Shown piece after piece: positions 55,380 to 64,000 of a stretch of 64,000 nucleotides of DNA. Source of the DNA: Podarcis erhardii (lineage: Eukaryota); the NCBI GenBank assembly GCA_964252035.1, contig OZ176211.1. One strand, 5' to 3'. Each line of letters starts with the position of its first letter. Position 1 is the first letter of the stretch. The notes below the pieces were generated by a model, which saw nothing but the letters and a program-made list of their open reading frames with translations, was not told the DNA's origin and did no database searches. A program made the translations under genes and the position numbers.

Positions 55380-55727
55380 CTAAAAAAATGAACCAAATTC
55401 AAGTATCAAAGCATGCCTAGAACAGTGGCAGTTGCACATTCACTCATTCTTTCACTGACATTGGCAGCAAGGTATTTTGGATAACTGCAAATTTTGAGTA
55501 ATACAAAAAGGGAAAGGAAGATCTATTATGCCTACTCCACCACTGGATCCAATTCTCATAATGAAAGAGGATTCAGAAGGTCTCACTTCATTATGCTGAC
55601 TAGGGAGAGGGGCAGATTGGCTGCACAGAGTACAGCAAACTGGCTGGACTTACTACAGCGCAGCTAATCCTACAGAGGTTTGACAATATACTGGTTAGAG
55701 GGTTTCTAATGCAGTTATGGCAAGATG

Positions 55728-55914
55728 CAGGGGTAGCCAACATGGTGCACTCCAGATGTTTTGGGCTACAAGATTATATTGCAGGGGTATCCAACATGGG
55801 GTTCTCCAGAGGTTTTGAACTTACAACTTCTATCAGCCCCAGTTGGCATGGCCAAAGCTTAGGGATGATAGAAACTGCAGCCCACAACATGCAAAGGGCA
55901 TGTTTGCTGCAAAC
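55728..55914. mobile_element. Two tandem hAT MITE pieces (truncated left arm plus a fuller copy)
   Basis: caggggtagccaacatgg at 55728 and caggggtatccaacatgg at 55782. Confidence 0.7.
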
Positions 55915-57352
55915 AAGAGAATTAATTCTTTGAAATCTGACCAAAATGCTGCATTCTGTTGATGTCATGATGGTTCCATCTTTTACAGCTTGAAACATGT
56001 ATTTACCATCTAGTGATGGGCAGATGGAATGATATAGCATTCTGGTTTCAACACTGACTGGAGACTGTGTTTCAGACATTTGCCTGAAATTCTCTTTTCT
56101 GTTCAAGAACAACTTCCTCGAAGCAGCCAAACAGGTCTTGTTAATTTCCTCAGTGTCTTATTGCAAAAGAGCCATACAATGGAAACATACCTGCTTTGTA
56201 CTACCCGCACATGTGCTCCAAAACTCTCCAAGGAGAGTAGAAAGGATCTCAAGTTCCTTTCCCTCTCCTAAAATCAGATCAGTTTAACAAATGGAGCCTT
56301 AAGATGTTGTAATTCCATCATTTTAAAATGTATAATCATTTCTATATACAGTTTAGGAAATATAGAAACACCTGACTTTTGGCTTGCAGGATCCTTTTAT
56401 ATATATATATTTTGCCAGAGCCAGCAGGCAAAATGGTGGATTGGAATAGGAGTGAGTTACAAAGACTCCTGCATCCCATAATGCCTCAATATTTACATAA
56501 ATATTTTTAATGTAAATTTGAGTAACTCAAGAGTATCCTACCATCCTACCACAAGGGATGCGGCATAGCAAAACCAGAATAGAGGCAAAGACAGAGTCCT
56601 GTGCCCATAATTATCAGAGGGGTTTTGCTAATTTCAGCTGCTTCCACCAAACCTCAATTTCAAAAGGGAAGGTGGGGCCAAAAATAACCACTAAGTTTGC
56701 CTGGCCACTTAAAGTCAATCAACAGTTTATCATGAAATGCCTCTGGCATATAACTTTCCCTAAACTGGCACAGGATAGATGCAAAATTTCTGAAGAAATT
56801 GTATTTGTGATTCCTGCTGACAGGGGCTGATAGTTGTAGTCCAAAACATCTGTAAGACACCATGCTGGGGACAGCTGATCTAGTCTACCCAAATATCTTC
56901 ATACCAGCAAGGATTTAAATCTCATTTCCCACGCCCAACTTTAAATCTTTTGAAAGCTATTAGATATCAAAGTTGTCTGTTCTTGCAAAGAACTACACAC
57001 CTCTTGGGTTTGGTTTTTTTTGGGGGGGGCCTCCTCCCATAAAGCCACCAGTTCTTTCCACCACCAGCACCCCCCGCCCCTTAAGAGAAAATCAGGGTGC
57101 TCCTCTCCCCTACACTTCCTTGTTTGGGAAAGTACTGTGGGGTATTCATACTGCTGGTTGCTAGGGTAAACGCTAATAGACCTGACAAGCAGAAAATGCC
57201 AAGGCTCCTCTTATTCTTGACCGCAGAAACCTGCAAGCTGTGGATGTTATGCCTAATCAACAAAAATAAATTAGTTAAATGGATTAGCTTTTCTTATACA
57301 TATATTCATAGTGAGATTTAAAATAATTTCCCTACAAGCTTACACTACATAC

Positions 57353-57512
57353 TCTGCTGCCAGTGTGCCTTCTTCGGTTAGACATTGGAGAGTGACTGCG
57401 GCTCCTTCGACGCCGGTACTCTGGAGTGTATGATCTGCTTCGTGATCGCCTTCTATGAGAATGGGATCTAGAGCGAGTGTAACGCCTGTGAGAATGCCTT
57501 CTTGACCTGGAC
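57353..57512 (-). CDS. TRA2A: TRA2A coding exon 3 (RS1 domain)
   Basis: atttgaag|G TCC AGG TCA...GGC AGC AGA|gtatgt = [53 protein letters not shown]; 160 nt, phase 2 to 0. Confidence 0.96.
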
Positions 57513-57602
57513 CTTCAAATGATACATTTTATTTGTTATATGAAAAAAACATCTGTGAAGCACCATAGAAATATTGAAGTTTTCATAAATTCATGCATTA
57601 TT

Positions 57603-57607
<5 letters not shown>

Positions 57608-57652
<45 letters not shown>
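57608..57652. repeat. (TA)n microsatellite in TRA2A intron 2
   Basis: Directly seen, about 22 units. Confidence 0.95.
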
Positions 57653-57654
<2 letters not shown>

Positions 57655-58611
57655 TCCTGAAAGCATCTCAAAGTAAGTTTCTGGCACAGTTTTAAAATAT
57701 CAAGTATTTTAAAATAAACGTTTTGTAAAATGTAAATAACATTTTAAACATTTAACTGTTCCAGGGGCTCCCAAACTTCCCCCCACAAGGACCACATGAA
57801 AATTGCTTAGGGTCTTGGTGGACCACTCAATTATTTTTCTGCATTTTGTAGCAATTGTATTGTGCTGTGCTAGATGGTATATGATTTAACTGTACTGACT
57901 GCTTCTTTATTTCTTTCATTGCATTTTATTGTATTACAATTTGAATTTCTTAACTACTTGTGCAGGTAATTTTTTGAGTAATTGTTAGCCATGTAATGGT
58001 GTTTCAATACAACAATTTCGTAAGGTAGCCGTTCACCACAGAACATATAAAACACCACAAAGAACTGGTTCACATGTCATGGTAAGTCACATGTTTCTCA
58101 ATCACTCCTGTTTTGCTTGGTCTGTCGTGGAACCAAGTTAAATCATGAGTAGAAGCTAAAGGAGAACAAAACCAGCCTTGTGATTTGTTTCTCTTGGTTC
58201 CAGGCAGAATGAAGCAAAGCAGGAGTGGTTGTGCAGTGTGCGCACACGTTTCTCATTTACAGGATGCCATGGTTTATTTCTTAGGTGATTTACTGTTGTG
58301 TGAAAATCAAGCCATTGTATGGAATGCCGGTTTATGGAAGCTTCATTGTCACTGGGGACAGAAAGGAGATAGCTTTTCTTACATTTTAGGATCTGATTTG
58401 TCTTATATTTTGTCTTATGTGATGGTAATCTACAAACTGTTCTCCAGTTAGAGGCACAAAGCCTTGCGACATCAGAAAGGAGAATTTTCATATCTCCTAT
58501 AGCTATCAGGGTAATTTTCCGAGACCTTCCATGGTGGAAAATTTTCAGAGCACTTCCATAGTGTAGTTGGTGCTGCAACTAGGCCATGAGGAGGTACAAC
58601 AACCTCACTGT

Positions 58612-58792
58612 GGAGAAGGGTTGTAGCTGCATGGCACAGGAAAAGCTTCACATGCCAAAGATTCAGTTTCAAACCCCAGCATCTCCCGATAGGGCTGTCT
58701 GAAGCTCTGGGTAGAGAGAAGCAATGAGAGTACACAGTATTGAGTGAGATGGACAAGTGGTCTACTGTATAAGGGAGCTTCCTGTAATTCTA
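58612..58792 (+). mobile_element. tRNA-derived SINE with L2-like tail (Squam3-like), in TRA2A intron 2
   Basis: Head gggttgtagctgcatggc...tttcaaaccccagcatctcc, tail gtattgagtgagatggacaagtggtct...ataagggagcttcctg. Confidence 0.65.
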
Positions 58793-58965
58793 TGCTAGCA
58801 GTTCAACCTTGCTAAAGAGCAAGGTCTGACGTTTTAAAAAAATCCATATAAAATATTCTTAAAAAGTACAACTCAAAATCTCTTCCATGAAACCCCTCAA
58901 TACCTTGAAGGCCCCAAATAAGTAAGTTTTATGCAAAGACAGAATGTATAACAACAGACACATAC

Positions 58966-59099
58966 CTGGATTTTGATCTTGATCGAGAGCGTGACTCAGA
59001 ATGTTTAGAAGCTCTTGATGGGCTACGCGATCCTGACCTGCTCTCAGATTTTACACGAGCAGGACTCCCAGCTGCAGATTTTGACTGGGAGCGTGACTC
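58966..59099 (-). CDS. TRA2A: TRA2A coding exon 2 (RS1 domain)
   Basis: tttttgttag|GAG TCA CGC...AAA TCC AG|gtatgt = ESRSQSKSAAGSPARVKSESRSGSRSPSRASKHSESRSRSRSKS(R); 134 nt, phase 0 to 2. Not in the ORF track. Confidence 0.96.
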
Positions 59100-59284
59100 C
59101 TAACAAAAAAAGCAGTATTACAAATGGTAGTGGTTGCACAAATGCCTACCTTCTTATATTAAAGTAACTATATTTTATTGATTGTGCCTGAAAAACAAAT
59201 GGTTAGGCAATACCCTCCAGGACAAACTTCTGTTTAACCCACTGTTAACTTTGCGTGATTTCCTCAAATAGTTCCCTACTCGAA

Positions 59285-59726
59285 NNNNNNNNNNNNNNNN
59301 NNNNNNNNNNNNNNNNNNNNNNNNNNNNNNNNNNNNNNNNNNNNNNNNNNNNNNNNNNNNNNNNNNNNNNNNNNNNNNNNNNNNNNNNNNNNNNNNNNNN
59401 NNNNNNNNNNNNNNNNNNNNNNNNNNNNNNNNNNNNNNNNNNNNNNNNNNNNNNNNNNNNNNNNNNNNNNNNNNNNNNNNNNNNNNNNNNNNNNNNNNNN
59501 NNNNNNNNNNNNNNNNNNNNNNNNNNNNNNNNNNNNNNNNNNNNNNNNNNNNNNNNNNNNNNNNNNNNNNNNNNNNNNNNNNNNNNNNNNNNNNNNNNNN
59601 NNNNNNNNNNNNNNNNNNNNNNNNNNNNNNNNNNNNNNNNNNNNNNNNNNNNNNNNNNNNNNNNNNNNNNNNNNNNNNNNNNNNNNNNNNNNNNNNNNNN
59701 NNNNNNNNNNNNNNNNNNNNNNNNNN
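59285..59726. other. 442-nt N run (assembly gap or mask) in TRA2A intron 1
   Basis: Directly seen; lies 186-627 nt upstream of the exon 2 acceptor. Confidence 0.99.
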
Positions 59727-62700
59727 AAAACTCTGCTGGAGTTTCAGACTTTTAACTACCAAAATTGAATAGCCAGCAGGTAAAGTGCAAATAACTAATT
59801 TATAAAAGCATTTTTTTAAAAAAAAATCTTTTAACTGGTGTAATCATATAGGCTCTAAAAATGAGTCCACTGATTTCCTTGCAACATTTCCCAAATGTTC
59901 TAAATCTATCCTGCTCCTTTTCTAACTTTAATCTCGTTCAATTCCATATGATACACACAGACTTCAGTGTTACCTTAAATACTAGGATTGCCTGAAGTTA
60001 AAAACGTCAAGCAAAACTGATAGGCCAGATTTCAAAGAGCTACACTAGATGCAAACAGGGAGTTAGACATGCCTAATATAATGCCCAGCTCCCCATCACC
60101 CCAGGCCGCATCACAAACTTTTAAATTCCCAGCTTCAAGAAGTTTAACATGCAGCTTGGGGAGCAGTTGTTCATGACAGACAAGTACCAAGTACAACTAG
60201 CTGCAGTTCTTGGGATTCAGGCCACAGATGTGCCAATGATCTAAATATTCCAAAATACTTTCCCCCCCTAAACCTAACCATTCTATCCAAAACCTACAAA
60301 ATATGTGAACAGTAGGGAAGAAACGAAGCCAATTTAAGGCTCTTCTTCAGTAACAACTTAAATCAACTTCGGTAGTGGCTGCCATTTGAAGTTACCTGTA
60401 GAACTGGGACTGTTATTCTGTATTCCTTGTCAAAACAACAGATGAATCAAACAAGCAATACAGGAAAATAAGATATTTGAATAAGCACACTCAAGTGAGG
60501 TGATTGGGCAAACAGGGAAACTAAAAGAACAGATCAAGAATTTTATGGAAATATATTGCATATTTGAATTTGAATCTTCATTGTATGTATCATGAACATT
60601 ACATTAAGATAAATCAAAACTGCCCTCCTTTTCTCATTTGCACAGCAATCTGTACTGCTTTGTCTAGCTTATTCCCTTTTTAGCCAATGAAAACTGCTTA
60701 TTGCATTTATTTTGCCAAATGTCATTTTGTCTTACAGTTCTTACTGTTTTGTTTCTCATTAAAGATACCATTTTATCATTTCATTTCAGACCTGTTTTCC
60801 CATACTTATGTCATATTGAAGAGTGAAGTAGTGAATTTTTCAGAAGGGAATCTGCATACTCGCGATAGTCTAAACGTGCACATTTTAATAGCACCATTAC
60901 TTTCCCCGAGTTGACGAAAATACCATATTGTGGAGCTGTGTCTAATTGTCAAAACAAGACAATGTTCTTTTTTTTTAAAAAAAAAAAAACATTAGGAGGA
61001 ATGGGTAAGAAAGACAGGGAAATTGATGGTGGAAAAATGCTTAACCAAAGAAAATATTAAATATGAAAGTGGGGCAGGGTGCCTCATTTTTCATGCTTGC
61101 CCATATAAAAAATAAAAAAGCCCACTTCATTGACTAAGTTTCTAACCCAAACTTCCCATCAGCAAACTTCCACAAGAATCAATTAGTAAAGGAGGAGTAT
61201 ACTGTGCAGTGCCAGGTTAACACCCTCACAAGGTGGCAGCAAAAATATAACTCATAATAATTTTTTTCATATATGAAATTGTTTCACACTGGCAAGGCAA
61301 TCTTAGGCATGCCTACTCAAAAGTAAGCCCCATGGAGTAGTAATTCAATAGGAATTATCCACAGGTAAGTGAGTAAAGGATAACAGCCTAAATTAAGGTG
61401 CTAAGAGAAGACTTAATAGTCAGATCCCAACTACTGTTGATTAAGCTTTCTTTTTGTTGCCTTCAGATAACTATGTTCATAGCGTAAAAGTGTCAAGAAT
61501 GCAGGACAAACTTTCTGAGCAGAATCAGAGGTATCAACCCTTTAGACTAGCATTTATTCACATGTTTAACTTACACCCAACCATAGGGGAGCCGTGACTG
61601 AATCCTGAGGTGGTCATTTCGTCATCTGCAACCATGGATCTCTTCCTGGCAGCTACTTGCCCAATCCAATCACAACTTGAGACTCTTTCCCAGAGCTCTC
61701 TGTGCAGAGGACTCAGACAAGAGGTCAGGAAAACCACAAATAATCACTAGGTCCACCAAAATTTGTGACTCTTAATATTCAAAATGTAAATAGGTATATA
61801 TGAAGGTGGGAGAAAGCAAAATTCTTTATCTAGTGTGTGATGACTGGGATGGTTTGGGACCCAATATAAACAAATCTACAGGACAATGCTATACATATTG
61901 ACACAGAAGCAAGTACCACCAAATTCAATAAGACTTACTCCTGAGTGTGCAGCCTTAAGAGTCTTGTGAGAAACAACCATTCAACTCTGAAGACTGCCAT
62001 AAACAAAGCGAAATGGAAGGTACCACTGATATTGTAGATAAACAACTAAGTTTTGTATTATATGATGTGTGGGATATATGAACCACCTAGAGATATTTGG
62101 ATGAAGGACAGAATAGAAATTTAATAAATAAACAATAAAATAAACTATTTTTTAAAAGGATTTGTCAAATGAGCCCTTTCAAATACAATTATACTGTTAT
62201 ATAAATGTATACAAATAAGAATCTAAAAATAGTTAATTTTATTTTGCTGATACCTTCAACAAGACAGGACAATAAAGTTTCTCAAGCACTTTAAAATGGG
62301 CCTAAAGAGTTGCAAGAGCAAATCAATTAAAAGGTGTGATCAATTGAAAAAAATCATCTTCAATTACATTTCCCCTCATGACAACAGGGGTATCTATTTA
62401 CCAGCCTAAACCCTAGTGCAGGGAGGGGGGGGTTGCTATGCCCTGGCAAGTCCAAGACCTAGGTCCAAATTCCTAATGAGCCACATAATTTCTGTGCTCA
62501 CCATCATTCAACCTAACAAGGTTGTTGAGAGGTTGAATAAGAGAAGATGAATAGAACTGGCATTGTAAAGCAGTTTTACACCAGTGTGCTATAGAAATAG
62601 AAGTTTTACAGCTAGCAATAAAAGCTCAATAAAGCTAATTAAGATACCATCAACTCCAAATAAAACCAGTATGCTCAGGGGGCACTTGGTGAAGAAGGGC

Positions 62701-62850
62701 AATGATCTGGTTCACAGGCAATTCTGTCTGCACAGAAAGTACTTCCACTATCCTCAAAGAGCACCAATTCAGGAACCCCATGTTCCCTAGAGTTGAGAGC
62801 ACTCCAAAGTTTGTACTAACTACAGATCACTCAGACCCATTGCCTTAAGT

Positions 62851-63096
62851 CAACGATGTCCAACCAGTGGTAGATCACGGGATCCTCATCGTGTACAAAA
62901 AGTTATTGGGGGAAAGCTAAAAAAACTCTGTGCAATCTTCCCCCAACAACTCTGGGCACTTCTCTCCTAAAAAAAAAATTCTGGGCAATCCACCCACCCC
63001 ACACACGCTCCTCCCTTCAATGACAATGGGTAGATCACTGCCAGTTTTTTTTATACTGGGAATAGATCGCAGTCTCTTGGGAGTTGGCCAAACCTG
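62851..63096. mobile_element. Non-autonomous hAT element with GTAGATC subterminal repeats
   Basis: Ends caacgatgtccaac / gttggccaaacctg; TSD ccttaagt / ccttaagc; (g/a)tagatc motif three times. Confidence 0.75.
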
Positions 63097-64000
63097 CCTT
63101 AAGCTATAGAAAAGGAGATCAGGCGAATTCATGAAAGTGTGAGATTCTGCAGCCTAGTAACTATAAAAACAGCATGGTATCTGCTCTGGTCCTTGGAGAA
63201 CCAATATACCATGCTGTTTTTATAGTGCAGAAGACAACTCTGTATCTTTTGTGGAGACATTTTTCTGCCTCTCTGAGGCCAGGCTGGGGTTCCTACTGTA
63301 AGCAGCTGTGCTGAACCTGGCTTGGAGGACAGCTGATTGCCCATCAGCTTACCCTATGGGCTGCTCCCCATGGCCCTGCACTGATCCCTGCTGCCCTCAC
63401 AGCCCGAAAGCGAAAACTTCCAAGGACCACGTGCTGGGATTGTTTCCACACACTCTCTCAGACAACCCTATCTTCCATCCAGACTAGCAAAAGGATTATC
63501 AAAGCTCAAGGACAATTTGTAGCCAGGCAATAACAATCAAGGATAGTGAAAAGCAGAAATGATGAGGAGTGAGGCCTGGAAGTGAATCTTAGAGGCCAAA
63601 CAGAGAGGTTTGGAGGGCCAGATTTGACCCCCAGGGCCCAAGATTCCCCACTGCTGCTTTACATCAACATTCCAACATGGAACACACATTCTGAGTCCAT
63701 TTCTGAATGTATGTTTAGAACCGAATAGCTCAAAGGCATAACTGGAAGTAGCACCAATGTAACAATGTAACAATCTAACACTTGAATTGTTTGCCTTTGT
63801 TATGTTAAAAGCATGGACAGGATAAACACACCAGTGCAGGTTAGAAATATAGTTCCCTTAAATTTCATCCAAAGCTGAGAACTCAGCCCTAGAATTTCTT
63901 CTAAGCATTCATGTTTAGCCTTGAAATGTTTAGAAACAATAAAGGAGGGCACTGCCTTCATTACTAAATAATCAGAGCAAAGGCCTAAACGTCTAGGATT

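Noticed and set aside
59175-59762. ORFs spanning the N run
   Set aside because: Artefacts of translating Ns.
60000-64000. TRA2A exon 1 or promoter
   Set aside because: No CpG island and no MSDVEENNFEGR-like coding sequence found; presumably beyond the window.

Overview
Vertebrate genomic DNA, most likely from a lacertid lizard (inferred from its SINE, RTE and MITE families). Two RNA-binding-protein genes lie in tandem on the minus strand. (1) The 5' end of IGF2BP3: coding exon 1 at 21349-21523 and exon 2 at 19424-19484, then a >19 kb intron 2 running off the left edge. It has a large CpG-island promoter (about 19.9-23.4 kb) and a second CpG island about 4 kb further upstream (about 25.6-27.1 kb). 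(2) TRA2A coding exons 2-8 at 49531-59099; exon 1 was not found and is presumably beyond the right edge. All nine exons were delimited by hand at AG/GT boundaries with consistent phases. A 442-nt run of N (59285-59726) falls where the ultraconserved TRA2A poison exon is expected. The rest is intronic or intergenic DNA with many short hAT, Tc1/mariner and PIF/Harbinger-type MITEs, tRNA- and 5S-derived SINE pieces, LINE 3' ends and microsatellites. Nearly all entries in the supplied ORF track are spurious. I see no prokaryotic-type system. The best leads are splicing-level: the gap-hidden poison exon, a candidate extra cassette exon in TRA2A intron 7, an in-frame TRA2A-to-IGF2BP3 read-through possibility, a possible alternative upstream IGF2BP3 promoter, and a QKI-type motif cluster.
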